DNA of 64,000 bases from Eledone cirrhosa (GCA_964016885.1 OZ024740.1:61628001-61692000), one strand, 5' to 3'; positions 1 through 14,049 are shown, counted from the first letter of the stretch. Notes: generated by a model from the letters alone, not told the origin. Numbers and translations are program-made.

Positions 1-3000
1 GCTAAAGGGTTAAGCTGATGTTTAGAACATAAATTAACAAAGGTTCTTACATAGAATCATGATGGAAAAACATACTTTTAGATAAATATACTTGAAAATA
101 AATAGTTTTGTACAATAAAACTAATGATAGTTTCAGGAGGCTTGGTATCATAAGGGTTAATAAATTGTGTGTCCATGAGACTAGGCTACTTAATATTCAG
201 TGGCCCAGTTCACCTAGTCCATCTTGCTATAAATTAGGAAATTAAGGCCATACAGAATGTTTGCAGTTCATTTTATTGATGTAGGTTGCATTTGTGATAA
301 ATTGGTGTTAACATATTTATTGCATAAAACAGTGACAGTAATCCCCCTCCTCCTCCTCCTCCTCCTCCTCCTCCTCCTCCTCCTCCAAGAATTATAATAA
401 TCATTAATATTATCAATACCATTGTCTTTGTTATCAACATCAACATCATTATCAGTACTTAATCAGAGCCACTGACTTCTCAAATGGGCCACGGACCACA
501 TCATGCTTACTTGTGTTCTCTGTATCATTCGCCCCAAGTGCATTTTCATGGCACCAGTATTAGAGAGGTTGTGATGTCTCTGGTACAACTGAAGCATCCT
601 CTAGACAAGTTTTTTATAGCTGGATACCCTTCCTGTTACCAACCACTTTTTACAAAGTGTACTGGGTGTGTTTCATTGTGTCACCAACACTAGAAAGATT
701 GTCATGCCCAAAACTAAAGAGTCCTTTCAACCCTTTGGTTGGCATGGTTTCTACAGATGGATGCCCTTTCTATCACCAACCACCTTATAGGGTGTACTTC
801 TGAGTACATTTATCATTGCACTAGAGATGTCAGTCATTGACAAGACTGAAGAGCCCTCCCTACCCTATGGTTGGGGATAAGGGACAATAGCTGGGAGGAA
901 GAGAAGTATGTTATGGGTGTATTATGGTTGTGTTAGGATAAAGGGAATGGGTGAGAAAACTTTTCATGGGTGATTATGATAGGTGTGGTGGGATTTGACA
1001 TATTGACAAGAGGGAAGGGAGTGGTCTTAGACAGGGTGTACAGTGGTGATGTGAACAGTTATGGCTAGTGCATTAGGATTTAAACAGGGTGGAGATGGTC
1101 CTAGGTAGAGTAGTAATGGGGGTGAGTGGAGTGTACAGTGATGATGAGGATAGTTACTATAGGTGCGGAGGTAGAACATGGATGGGTCAGATAACATTTT
1201 TGTGCTGGTAGGCAGATCTTCTTCAGTACATGTCACCAATCCTAGTGGTCCTATATCGCTGTCATGAGGTTCAACTTAACTATTTCTTCCCATGTTTTCT
1301 AAGGGGTATCTCTTCCTCAGGCCCCTTCCATTAAAATTTTTCTGGACTTCTTTATTCAGCTGTCATTTTCGATACACATCACATGTCTAAACCAATGTCC
1401 AAGAGGTTAGTAGCCCCGCTTCAGTACTGACTTGGTCTATGTAGAACCATCCAACCCTTGCTAGTAGAGAAACCAAATGATGATGATGATATATATATAT
1501 ATATATAAATGAGTATATGTATTTATATCCTTGTTTATGTGTTCGGCACAACACCTCAAGTTACAAAAAAAGAAAAAAAACATCTTAAGTATTAGACTAA
1601 AATAATTATTGGGTTCACTTTGATCACTTGGAAAAAAACACCTCTAAAGCTTATACCCCAACATGGATGCAGTTCAATGTCTGTAACCATTAAAAGAATA
1701 AAACTAAAACACAATGGAGTACTGCTCCCACATCTGGGGCAGTGCTATTGTTACAGTGATATCCAGAGAAAAAAAGCCACTTGGCTAATCAGTTTAGAGT
1801 TACTCATTTCTCTGTCACTCATCACTCATGTTGTGTCCATCCTCATTTGCTGCCCTAACCACTATGCAGTCCTTCCTGTCCAGAATGTTTGCCATCTGGA
1901 TCTCTCACCCTGGTCATGTCTCTGATCCATAGATAAGCTACCTTCTCCCTTCACCTCTTCTACTGTTGGTATAATGATCTCTGCTGAAAGTTTACTTAAT
2001 TCATGTCATCTCCACTCAGTCACTCCAGATTCACCCATTTCTCCTTCACTCATCACCCATGTTGTGTTCATGGCCCCCTGCATTAATCACTATGCCCAGT
2101 CATTCTTGCTTAAAACTTCACCCATCTAGACTCCCTCGATGCTCGTCTTTCTCCAAAGTAGTTGACCTGTAACATTTTAAACAAAAGATTAACAACACTG
2201 ATCATTCTGGTCTCAGAGGGTCTGTGAAGGCCATGGACACTGCCCTTTCCTCCAGACCTAGTAATAAAAAACAAAACAAAATAAAAACACTCAGGATATT
2301 TCTGTTTATGCTACAATAGCCCATCAATTATAGGCCTGAATATTTTTAATTTCAGCACATTGTCATTAACCATTACTTGGCTGTAAGAGCTTTGCAATAA
2401 TCTGTAGATGATGTTTATATTTTGAATTGTTTTGCTGCTGGCTAATTTCTATTGCAAATCCATCTCCTGATTTTATGACAGTAAACAGTGTAAAGAGAGA
2501 GATCAATAAAGATAAATGGCTTTGGAACCATATATTTAATTACGCTTCAGTGTGTCTAAGTGGGTGAGGTGTATGTGTGTGTTATGGAAATTAAAATGGA
2601 TAATGGCATAATTAGGCATCTTATGTGTGAAATTGTGAGTGTGTGCAGAGACAACACCCTCTCTTGTGCTGGTGCCATGATAAATGCATCCAGTACACTT
2701 TGTAAAGTAATAGGAAGGGCATCCAGATGTTGAAACCTTTATAGGCATAGTCCCTGGTCTATCTGAGAGGACAGTAGCTCTGATTAAGTAATGACATGTG
2801 GAAATACAGACATTAGCTGATGATGTGTGATAAATATATACAGACACGCATGTATATGTGTGTGTTAGTGTGAAAATATCATCACATATATATTCATATA
2901 TACATGGTCACCCCTATGACAAGTCTCTTGCTACAGTGCCTGGTGCCACAACAAAAAGCAGCCATTTACTCTGGAAGGTGGTTGTATTGGTGCCATGACA

Positions 3001-3842
3001 AAAAGCATTCAGTACTCACATGTGATTGACATTAGTAAGGGCATATCAAGTTATAGAAAAGCCAAAGAAAAAATGGACCGTATGAGCAAGACCTGGCCAC
3101 CTAACCTGCCTGCCATCATAATATGACAATCCATCTAACCTATGCAAGTTTGGAAAATGGACATCAAACAGTGAGGAAGATGATAAATAAGAGTTGCTTT
3201 TTATCTGTCACACAAATGCTGACAATGTTACTAAATTATACTGACCTCAATACTTAATTAAGTGGAATTTGAGCTCAGAATGAAAAAAGTTAGAACAAAT
3301 ATCTCAAAGCATTTTATCCGATGCTCTATTGATTCTACTGCAATAATGTAATATTTTTTACATAGGCACAAGTCCAGAAATTTAGAGTTGGGAAGGAACA
3401 GTTGATTACATCAATTTTAACTGATTTGTTCATATTTTCTCCACCTTACACAATCCACCACCCTAAAACTTCAGTGCAGCCTCCTTAGCATTCTTTTGTC
3501 CTCTCCACTATGAGGTTCAGCGTTTTGAGATCGACTCTAACCATCTCCCCAAGTTTTTCTCGGTCTTCAACTACAGCTTTCTTCAACTGGCGTCACCTGG
3601 CACCTCTTCATCCATATGCATCACATGGACTTAATAAAATGTCCATTCTATGTCATTTAATTTTGACAACACATACATGTACACTAGTCAGATACAAATA
3701 AATGAATAATTCTAATATCTGATTTCCTATCTCATTTGCAAAATACACAAATAATTTTTTTTTTTTTATTTCCAAAAATCTTTATGAAGTTAATTTTATT
3801 TCTTCTAACAGTAAATTTTTCTTTTATTATTCTAGAAAGAAA

Positions 3843-3994
3843 ATGTCTAGAAGCAGAAGTCAATCAGCTTCTTCAAAAAATGAAAATGATACCAAGATAA
3901 TGAAGCACCATATAGTATTCAGTTACGAAGATTTGCTGATAACAAATTATTTTGAAATGTTGAACATGAAGAAGCGGTCTCCTAGGACAGACAA
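3843..3994 (+). CDS. DCDC1: DCDC1-like doublecortin-domain protein, coding exon 1 (start codon)
   Basis: Pyrimidine tract + TAG acceptor ending 3835, ATG at 3843, MSRSRSQSASSKNENDTKIMKHHIVFSYEDLLITNYFEMLNMKKRSPRTD; donor AA|GTTCGT at 3995, phase 2, compatible with the next exon. Confidence 0.65.
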
Positions 3995-4135
3995 GTTCGT
4001 TTCATTTACCATTTATACAATAGTATTTAAAAAAATATTGGTTATGTTGTCATTGAACCTAACAAGATTCTCATAGTTAGACATATATTTCTTTATATTG
4101 TTTATCCAGTAATGTATAAACAAAATCATAAAATA

Positions 4136-4477
4136 TATGTGTGTGTATGTATGTGAGGTGGATGGGTATGAGCGTCTTTATGTTTGTGTAAGTATATATA
4201 TATGTGTATATATATGTGTATATGTATCTGTATATATGTGTATATATATATGTATATGTATATATGTGTATATATATGTGTATATATATGTGTATATATA
4301 TGTGTATATATATATGTATATATATGTGTATATATGTATATGTATATATATATATGTGTATATATGTATATGTATATATATATGTGTATATATGTATATG
4401 TATATATATATATGTATATATATATATGTATATATATATGTGTATATGTATATATGTATATGGAGGCACATGTATAT
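4136..4477. repeat. Compound (TA)n/(TG)n microsatellite
   Basis: Direct reading; similar tracts occur at 6336-6440, 12850-13090 and 34177-34220. Confidence 0.95.
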
Positions 4478-4825
4478 GGAGGCACATGGCTTAGTGGTTA
4501 GAGCATTGGCCTTGCAATCAAAAGGTTGTGAGTTCAATTCTCAGACCGGGTGATGTGTTGTTTCCTTGAGCAAGACACTTTATTTCACATTGCTCCAGTT
4601 TACTCAGCTGTAGAAATGAGATGATAGAGACTGGGGTCCCTATCATTCCACTGTGAAGTGGTCGTGGAGGTGCCACGGCAAAAAAGCACCCAGCACTCAC
4701 TGTAAATGAGGTTGGTGTTAGGAAGGGCATCCAGCTGTAGAAATCAAGCCAGAATCAGTTCCCGTCCCACCCTTGCAAGCAGGGAAAAGCGGACGTAAAA
4801 TGAAATGATGATGAAATGATGATGA
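4478..4825 (+). mobile_element. tRNA-derived SINE with RTE-like 3' tail
   Basis: A-box TGGCTTAGTGG, B-box GAGTTCAATTC; tail GGTGTTAGGAAGGGCATCCAGCTGTAGAAA...(ATG)n shared with the RTE 3' UTRs; near-identical inverted copy at 11824-12162. Confidence 0.85.
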
Positions 4826-5652
4826 TATATATATATTTAAACGGAAAAAATGAAACGAAATTTCATTTCCCACTCTTAGTATGACTGTTACTTAAATATA
4901 AGTATGTACACGTACATACATATATGTATACAGACATACAGTAGTATGTATATATATATATATACATACATGCACACATATATATATATGTACATATGGA
5001 TTCACCGAACATTTATTATAATGCTCGGTGTGTTTGTAAACAAACATCCTGTATTAAGCCGTAGTGCCTAGCAACCATCGTTGCTCGTTTGTTCAACACT
5101 GACAAACGAGCAACGATGGTTGCTAGACACTAGGGCTTAATACGGGATGTTTGTTTACAAACACACCGAGCATTATAATAAATGTTCGGTGAATCCATAC
5201 GTACATATATATATGTGTGCATCATCATCATCACCGTTTTACGTCCGTTCTTCCACGCTAGCATGGGTTAGACGGGTTGTCCTGTTGTGGGCAGTGTCTG
5301 GTCGGCTGACCATGCCTTGCTCATACAGGAACTGATCTGGCTTGATTTCTACAGCTGGATGCCCTTCCTAACACCAACCTCATTTACAGTGAGTGCTGGG
5401 TGCTTGTATGTATATATATATACATACTACTGTATGTCTGTATACATATATGTATGTACGTGTACATACTTATATTTAAGTAACAGCCGTACTAAGAGTG
5501 GGAAATGAAATTGCGTCTCATTTTTTCCGTTTATCGTTTTCGGTGCACCCAGCCGATTAACCCACTTGATATGCAAATTGGGCTACTCAGTCGTTAATAT
5601 GCATAAGGAAAGTATATACTTTTAGACGTTCAACAATCTGGCAGGAAGGTAT

Positions 5653-5695
5653 ACGTTGCTGATGATAGCTAATAAGCTTGAAACTAGTACAGCGT
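5653..5695 (+). ncRNA. Minimal type I hammerhead ribozyme
   Basis: ACGTTG-CTGATGA-T AGCT aata AGCT T-GAAAC-ta-GTA^CAGCGT: 6-bp stem I, 4-bp stem II, palindromic ACTAGT stem III, GUA cleavage triplet. Confidence 0.8.
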
Positions 5696-6082
5696 TACTT
5701 TGTCAGTGTTGCACAAACGAGCAACGATGGTTGCTAGACACTACGGCTTAATACGGGATGTTTGTTTACAAACACACCGAGCATTATAATAAATGTTCGG
5801 TGAATCCATACGTACATATATATATGTGTACATGTATGTATATATATATATACATACTACTGTATGTCTGTATACATATATGTATGTACGTGTACATACT
5901 TATATTTAAGTAACAGTCGTACTAAGAGAGGGAAATGAAATTTCGTTTCATTTTTTCCGTTTATCTTTTTCGATGCACCCGGTCAATTAACCCACACGAT
6001 ATGCAAATTGGGCTACTCAGCCGTTAATATGCATAAGGAAAGTATATACTTTCAGACGTTCAACAATCTGGCAGGAAGGTAT

Positions 6083-6125
6083 ACGTTGCTGACGATAGCT
6101 AATAAGCTTGAAACTAGTACAGCAT
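6083..6125 (+). ncRNA. Minimal type I hammerhead ribozyme (second tandem copy)
   Basis: Same as 5653 with core CTGACGA (N7 is variable) and one stem I mismatch; 430 bp downstream. Confidence 0.72.
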
Positions 6126-6330
6126 TCCTTTGTCAGTGTTGAACAAACGAGCAACGATGGTTGCTAGACACTACGGCTTAATACGGGATGTTTGTTTACA
6201 AACACACCGAGCATTATAATAAATGTTCGGTGAATCCATACGTACATATATATATGTGTGCATGTATGTATATATATATACATACTACTGTATGTCTGTA
6301 TACATATATGTATGTACGTGTACATACTTA

Positions 6331-6444
<114 letters not shown>

Positions 6445-8206
6445 AAAGAATAGAGGTGTAACACACAAGTTATTATATATTGGTAAACGGAATAGAAAAT
6501 GCTGACAAATTGTTCACAGTTGAAAAATGGTTTAATTAGGAATAAAAGAGTATTAGTGATTGTATGGGTTAGTATTCAGTTGTGGTTTTAAGTTTTTAAG
6601 TTTTTATCGGTTGCGCATTTCTAAATGCTTTTCAAAAATAATTTTGAGATAGAGTGTCCGTGCTGTTTGCTCTGTAAAGTGGATGTGTAGACGCCACGTA
6701 AAAAAGGCACCCAGCCTTCACTGTAAATGAGGTTGGTGTTAGGAAGGGCATCCAGCTGTAGAAATCAAGCCAGAATCTGTTCACATATGAGCAAGACATG
6801 GTCAGCCAACTGGACACTGCCCACAACAGGACAACCCATCTAACCCATGCGAGCGTGGAAGAATGGACGTAAAATGGTGAAGATGATGATGATATATATA
6901 ACCCCATGCAACCATGGAAAATAGATGTAAAACAGTAATGATGATAGTGATTGGAAATTACCACTAAATGATTTATTATCTTCATATCAAAATGTATCCT
7001 CAAATATTTTTTAACCCTTTTGATATCAAGCCACATGAAACTGCCACTGGTTTTATGAAACAAAACTGTTTATTTTTACGTATTTATATTTTCTAAAAAC
7101 CATTCATCCTAATTTTATATAAGAACCTTTGTTAACTTATACTCCAAACACCAGCTCAATAATGAAAAATTGTTACTAAATCCCTCTAAATTCATGATTA
7201 TTTTCAAAATTATTTGAAACATATATGCAGTGTATTTCATTAAAAATGTAGTAAAGAAAATATTAATCTATTGCTATTTTGAGCCAGTTTATGTGAGACA
7301 GTTTTGTAAAGATGGATATTTTTGTTTCATAAATTGTTCAGAGATATTTTTGCTGTTAGATACCTCTCCTGCTAGAAATATCAGCCAAATCCCTTTTGAT
7401 ACCAATCCAGCTAAGACCAACTCTGATTCTTATGAAATAAAGCACCCATTCTAAAGGGTTCTTAATTAAATTCAAATCTTCCAATGTAATTTTATATAAG
7501 AACCATATGTTAAGTTGTTATTTTAATAATGAAATAATAATTTTAGTAAATGTTTCATAGTTTTTCAATAATTAATTAAAATAGAATATATTCTCTTAGA
7601 AATACAACCACAAAAATGTTAAATTACATCTTACTGTATTATATGTAGTTCCTATGTACACATAAAAATATAGGATGGTGTCAAAGCAAGAATGCCTTTG
7701 GTCATATGTCTGCTTTATAAAAATTCTCCTGGGACTCACCAAACAATCAACCATATGGTAGTTTTAGCTTGTATCATGGTATGGTTCTGCAACTCTTGAT
7801 GGAGTCGAAGGGGTGCTGCAGTGGCAGATTGTGTTTCTTGGGGTTTTTTAAGCCTAACGGAGCCCATCCCTCTCCAGATCTGAACAGAGCAGAATTCTTC
7901 CAGAGAAAGATTGATAGTGAGAGAGAGAAAGTGAGAAAGGATATAGTAGAAAAATTGACCCTAGTACTGGACTCATACTTTTTTTATCAACCTCAAAAAG
8001 ATGAAAGTTGACCTCGGTGAAATATGAACTCTGAGAGAAGAGAGCCAGAATGAATATTGCAAAGCATTCTATTTGATGTGCTAACGGCACATTTGCTGCC
8101 TTGTACGCATAAGGTTTCCAAAACAGTCACATTGCTTTGATACTAAACTGCATGGTTTTGATTCAAAATTGTATATTTTAAAATGTAATATTTAACCCTC
8201 TAATTT

Positions 8207-8250
8207 CACATACAGCTAATATTTCAGCATGGTTGTGCTTCATCAGTATG
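8207..8250 (-). ncRNA. Candidate type I hammerhead ribozyme
   Basis: Minus strand CATA-CTGATGA-AGCA caacca TGCT-GAAA-TAttagcT-GTA^TGTG; core intact, stems I and III short with wobbles. Confidence 0.45.
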
Positions 8251-9073
8251 GACTACTTAGTGATCACATTAAATTTATTCATTGTTATTTATCTAAAGCT
8301 TTCTTTTTCACCTTTTTGATACCAAACTGCCAGAAAATGCTCCTGGTTATATGACACAAAATTTTCCATCAAAATTTCATGTTAGGACCTTTAAGTTATT
8401 TTCCAAACATCAGCTTAATGATGAGGAAGTTAATTATATTACTAAGTCTTTCGATACTATTATTTTCAAAATGATTTCAAAACAGTTCCTTTCATTAGAA
8501 ATGTGGTAATGAAAGGATTAAGAGGAGGAGTAGTTTAAAGAGCCCAGTGATACCTTTACTAATTTTGCAATGATTTGTGCAAAGGTTTTTCCACATACCA
8601 ATGACAGTATAGGATTTTGAGATGACAAATTTTTCTAGAGTGATAACTTTATCTTTTATGATGATCATCATCATCATTTTACGTTCGCTTTTCCCTGCTT
8701 GCAAGGGTTGGATGGGTCCTATTCAGCACAGCATCTCTCCACTTGTCACAGTCCTTCGTCATCTCCTCAGTGAGTTTCAGCGATCTGAGGTCTGCTCTCA
8801 CCACCTCCGCCCATGTTTTTCGTGGCCTACATTTACTGCGTCTTCCTTCTACTGGGATTTCTTGGATAGCTTTGAAATTAGATATAGACAAGAATTCAAT
8901 TGTGAATTTGTTATGATGACACATTGATTGTGATGATTCATGAATGAAATAAGCTTTTAGCTTAAAATAGTCTCTGAATGAATTAGCGCACTCTGAGTTT
9001 TCATAAGAAGGTAAAAAAGCAGAACTACTGAATTTCATTTGTGTAGAAAGCATTTAATGGAATCCCATGTTAA

Positions 9074-9294
9074 CCCTTTAGAATTTACATTACTCTATAT
9101 TTACTATTATATTTTCAAGGTAAAAGCTTTACCTCATATAATTATCTCACATAATATCGAATCTCTGAGATTTTGGTATATTTATTTTGAGAATAATACC
9201 TTAAAGTTGGTATGAGTGGCTGGTTACCAGCCGGTTTGAACAGAAAGAGGTGAGAGAATTCCGGCCGGATATGGCCAGTTTAAATGCTAAAGGG
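9074..9294. mobile_element. piggyBac-type MITE, family 1
   Basis: TTAA|CCCTTTAG(A/C)ATTTA ... TAAATGCTAAAGGG|TTAA: terminal inverted repeats with TTAA duplication. Confidence 0.85.
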
Positions 9295-10574
9295 TTAAGG
9301 AACAGCATACATTTTCTGATAGTATATCTCTGTAGTATAATCATTTAGCCAATGGTATCTCATGAAAAAAATATTAGGCTAAGCAAATGGAATATTGCAT
9401 ATATCCTGTGATACTGTCTCTTACAGATTCAAAATATGTTCCAGAATGTTAATGTCATTATTCTGTGATAGTGCATAGTAATGAGACATGAACATTGGAT
9501 GCAGAGGATGTATGAAGGTTAGAAAGAAATGAGGCTAGTATGCTCTGCTGGATGTGTAACATCAGTGTGCATGAATGTCAAAGCACATATGAGTTAAAAT
9601 AAAAACTAGGCATAAAATGAATCAGATTTAGTATGAACTAAAAGAGATTGCATAGGGTTAAAAAGCATGAGGAACTCTAAGTAGAAGGTATTTGAAGAAG
9701 AGGAAAACTTAAAAGTAGTGAAAGCTGTTATGATGCTGAACCTCACATTGGAGATGATGAAAGAACATAAGAGGTTGAGGGAAACCATGCTGGAGAAGAC
9801 CTAACCAACTTATGCAAGCATGGAAGAATTGACATAAATATGATGATGATAATGATATGATAATGTATCTAGTTCTCTAAGAAACTCTGAAACAGAAAAA
9901 AAATGGCTAGATAATTAAATAGATAATAATATTTACTGGGTAAGAAATACCTTGTTTCTTAGGAATACACACTATTGTATTTACCCCTATAGACAAGCAC
10001 CACTACCTTATTTTGTTGGATAACAAATATATTCCTATCATTAGAATTCTGAGATCAACATCATTCATATGTTTAGCTTCTATAATTCATGGTGGAGATG
10101 GCTTCAGGTTTACAGAATACATCTTTTCAGGAAACTGTCTGTTAATTATATAAGTCCATAAGCGTGTCAATAGAAGAATTACTGTTTAAACACTGATTAT
10201 TACTTTATAAACATGATTTTTCTTCTGGAGGGTCAAACAACGCCACAGAGTTTAATAATTTCCATGAGTGAAAACTAATTAATTTGATTTCTGTTTCCAT
10301 CTTTGGAAAATTGTACTCTGCTATTATTAAATGATGATCATTAATACTGGAATCATAAACCAAAGTAGCAGATAAAATGTGTTTAGGTCAAGTAATACAA
10401 AGGTCTATATGTAGATATCTTAATATATTGCTGGCAACTGATTTTCATAAATATTTCTGAATGAGTAATTTTTTTCTGTGTGGAATCTTGAGCAAGTGTC
10501 TTCAACTCTAGCCTCAAGCTCACCGATGCCTTGCGAGGGAATTTGGAACATGCAATCTGTATATATGTATATAT

Positions 10575-11600
10575 GAGCTTCACTCAAGAAGTTTTGAAAC
10601 TTTTATCAGAGAGACATTTGTTTAACTCAGATCGACACAAAACTCCAGTCTCCCTCAAAGGAGGATCCTCCAACTTCAATGCACTTGTAGTACTCCAGTC
10701 ACTTCTGGAACAGCCCCTTGGAGTCCTCTAAAGGGAAGGTCACAGGGCGTTTGTTACAGCTTCCTCTTCTTCATGTTATCAAATATTTGGGAACATCCAG
10801 AAATTGCATGGGGTTAAGTCTGGACTGTAGGGAGGATGTAGGACAGTCTTGAACCCTATATTGGCTACTAGTTGATCACCAGGATGGATTTGTGGCAGGG
10901 GGATTTGCCCTGGTGCAGGTGCCACTGACCAAATTTGAAGAGTTTTGATCTTGGTCTCTTGCAATGAAATAATCTCTTTCTGAACTGCCTCAAACCTTGA
11001 AATAGCACTCTTTGTTGACTGTCTGGCCATGGGGGACCCAGTGGATGTAGATGATGCCCTTTTTGTTGAAGAATGGGATCATCATGAGCTTCCCGTGGAC
11101 CTGCTTTGCCTGACCTTCTTGGGGAGTTGGAATGTTTCCATGAGGTACCCTGTTTCTTGGTCTCTGGATCATAACAGTAGGCCCAGCTCTCATCACAGGT
11201 TACCAGAGACTCTAGAACACGTAGATTCAAAGGGATCCACTTGACCATCTCCCTGCTGTCATCAACACGCCTCTGCCTTTGCGTTTCATTGATTACCCTG
11301 GGAACAAACTTTTCACATGTTCTAATCGTCATGAATGATTTTGTGCATAGTGCTATCACTCACTTCAAATTGTTTAGCAATCATCAGAAGAGATGCACAA
11401 TGGTCATCATCCAGAAATTTGTGAATTTTGTCGACCAGCTTTGGTGTCTTGGTGTCCCTCTCCTTGCCACACCTCTCATTGTCCCTCACCTGCTCCCTGC
11501 CATCCTGGAATCTCTTATGCCAGCAGAAAACAGTCACCTGGCTCATGAAAGTTAATCCATTTCATAGGTTAGTTGCATATCAAGCCTCCAAGTTGTACTC
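10575..11600 (-). pseudogene. Decayed mariner (Tc1/mariner) transposase
   Basis: Frameshifted fragments: HTH (FCWHKRFQDGREQVRDNERCG), KFVPRVIN (WVPHEL-like), LVTCDESWAYCYDPETK, HPPYSPDLTPCNFWMFP (YSPDLAPxD with D changed to N). Confidence 0.9.
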
Positions 11601-11823
11601 ATGTCCTGACTGCATTGTGGAACCAGTCAGCACGAACCCACATCTTTTGTTTCATGTACCATGTACGTCAATACTCATCCTTTTTTTTCCATTTAGAAGG
11701 TTTTTCAAAATCCCAACTTTCAGACTAATTCTGTGTAGTCAAATATGGCATAAGCACATGTTACTACCTAATTTTCAAATTCACTAGCCGTTTGTAATCA
11801 AAGCCTGCTTTGTGTCTCCCTAT

Positions 11824-12162
11824 TTCATCATCATTTCATTTTACGTCCGCTTTACCCTGCTTGCAAGGATGGGACGGGAACTGATTCTGGCCTGATTTCT
11901 ACAGATGAATGCCCTTCCTAACACCAACCTCATTTACAGTGAGTGCTGGGTGCTTTTTTGCCGTGGCACCTCCACAACCACTTTGTAGTGGAATGATATG
12001 GACCCCAGTCCCTATCATCTCATTTCTACAGCTGAGTAAACTGGAGCAATGTGAAATAAAGTGTCTTGCTCAAGGAAACAACACATCACCCGGTCTGAGA
12101 ATTGAACTCACAACCTTTCGATTGCAAGGCCAATGCTCTAACCACTATGCCATATGCCTCCA
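11824..12162 (-). mobile_element. tRNA-derived SINE (same family as 4478-4825)
   Basis: Reverse complement of 4478-4825 along its whole length. Confidence 0.85.
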
Positions 12163-12229
12163 TTTATATACATATATATATACCTGCTATGGTTATAAAG
12201 CTGCTAATTCAATGGGAGGAAGCATGGGT

Positions 12230-12300
12230 GGCGTGTTGGTGTAATGGTAACACATTGGTCTGGCAAACCAAAGATGTGAGTTCGTGTCCCATGTACGTCA
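12230..12300 (+). tRNA. tRNA-like cloverleaf, anticodon GGC (pseudo-tRNA or SINE head)
   Basis: 71 nt: acceptor GGCGTGT/GTACGTC, D arm GTGT/ACAC, anticodon arm TTGGT-CTGGCAA-ACCAA, T arm GTGAG-TTCGTGT-CCCAT; T6 run about 10 nt downstream. Confidence 0.4.
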
Positions 12301-12524
12301 ATTCTCATCCTTTTTTCCAACTAACAGAATAATTCTATGTAGTCAAATATGGCATAAGCACATGTTACTACCTACTTTTTATATATATGTATATATGAGT
12401 GGCGAAGGGTAACCTGGAAAGCAGGGTATGCAGTCCAATTGCCATGCCGGAAAGTGGGGCTGTGCAGGCCTTACCCCCCCCCCCATTTCCTCTAAATGAC
12501 CCTCCCGGTCCAATCCGCATGTAG

Positions 12525-12608
12525 TGTTATCTTTTTATGTGTCTACGATTTAGTAAGTAGCCAAAATTCTGCTTGCTTCAACCGACGCTGTTGTGTGTTT
12601 ATGTGTAT

Positions 12609-12647
<39 letters not shown>

Positions 12648-12800
12648 CTTTTTATGTGTCTACGATTTCGAAAGCAGCCAAAATTCTGCTTGCCCCAAAG
12701 CTGTCATGTGTTTGTGTGTTTGTGTTTATGTGTGTTATCTTTTTTTGTGTCTATACGTTTTAGTAAGCAGCCAAAATTCTGCTTGCTTCAACCGACGCAA
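12525..12800. repeat. Three-copy tandem repeat with (TG)n spacers
   Basis: TGTTATCTTTTTATGTGTCTACGATTT..AAGCAGCCAAAATTCTGCTTGC at about 12525, 12642 and 12732. Confidence 0.85.
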
Positions 12801-12849
12801 TTGATCAACTCAAGATTCTATAACACATGCACACATCCTTCGCCCCTGG

Positions 12850-12916
<67 letters not shown>

Positions 12917-12936
12917 GTATGTATATATATATATAT

Positions 12937-13020
<84 letters not shown>

Positions 13021-14049
13021 GTGTGTGTATATGAATATGTGTGTGTGTATGAATATGTGTGTGTGTATTATGTATGTATGTGTACATGTGTGTTTGTTTC
13101 TTCTCTTTGTTTGCATTTGACATTGCAGGTGGTGATATTTGTTGCTTACATCTTCAATATGTTCCTGTATCGTGGCACAAACACTAAGGATTTTGGCAGG
13201 TTTTCTATGGCTAAATGTCATTCCTATCATCTCCCACTTCATGCTGAATGTATTACGTTTATCATTTATATCACCAGCACTATAGAGGTTGTCATATGAT
13301 CAACTCAAGTGAAGAATTCTTCCAAATCTGTCTAGTTCAACTCATGCTAGCATGAAAAATGGTAAAAATGGTAATGATGATGATGATGATGATAGTTATC
13401 ATGATCATTATTTCTGAATGAGACTATAGGTGAAATCTCATGGAGATTGAAATCACTCATTATTATAAAATTTATTTTTTGCATTTGCTCATCTTTCAAA
13501 GAAATTGTCAAATAAATTTTTTGAAGTAAAGTAATACTAGTTGAAGTTGAAGCATTAATGTGTTTCAAATAAATTGCAATGAGGTAATTTAATTCTAATG
13601 TAATTAAGAGATTTTATGAAAGAAAATAGTCCCTTGCCCCTTACACATACTGTCACTAGTTCACTTTTCTGAGTTGTATTTGTAACGATTAACAGAATTC
13701 TCTTGAAATAATAATAATTGTTTTTACTTTGGGTACAAGGCTAGTAATTTGAAGGAAAGGGAAAAATCGATTAAATCGACCCCAGTGCATTACTGGTGCT
13801 ATATTTTATCGACCCTGTAAGGATGAAATGCAAAGCTAATAATAATAATAATAACCATCTAACCCATGCTAGCGGGAAGATAGACATTAAACGATGATGA
13901 TGATGATAATAATAATTGTTTCTACTTTTGGCACAAAGCCAGCAATTATCCCATTGTATTACTGGTACTTTATTTTATCGACCCACGTAAGGATGAAAGG
14001 CAAAGTTAACCTCAGCGGGATTTGAACTCAGATCATAATAATAATATGT

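Noticed and set aside
4077-4553. Multiple overlapping YIYI/HTHT ORFs (also 6164-6466 and 12573-13299)
   Set aside because: They are translations of (TA)n/(TG)n microsatellites.
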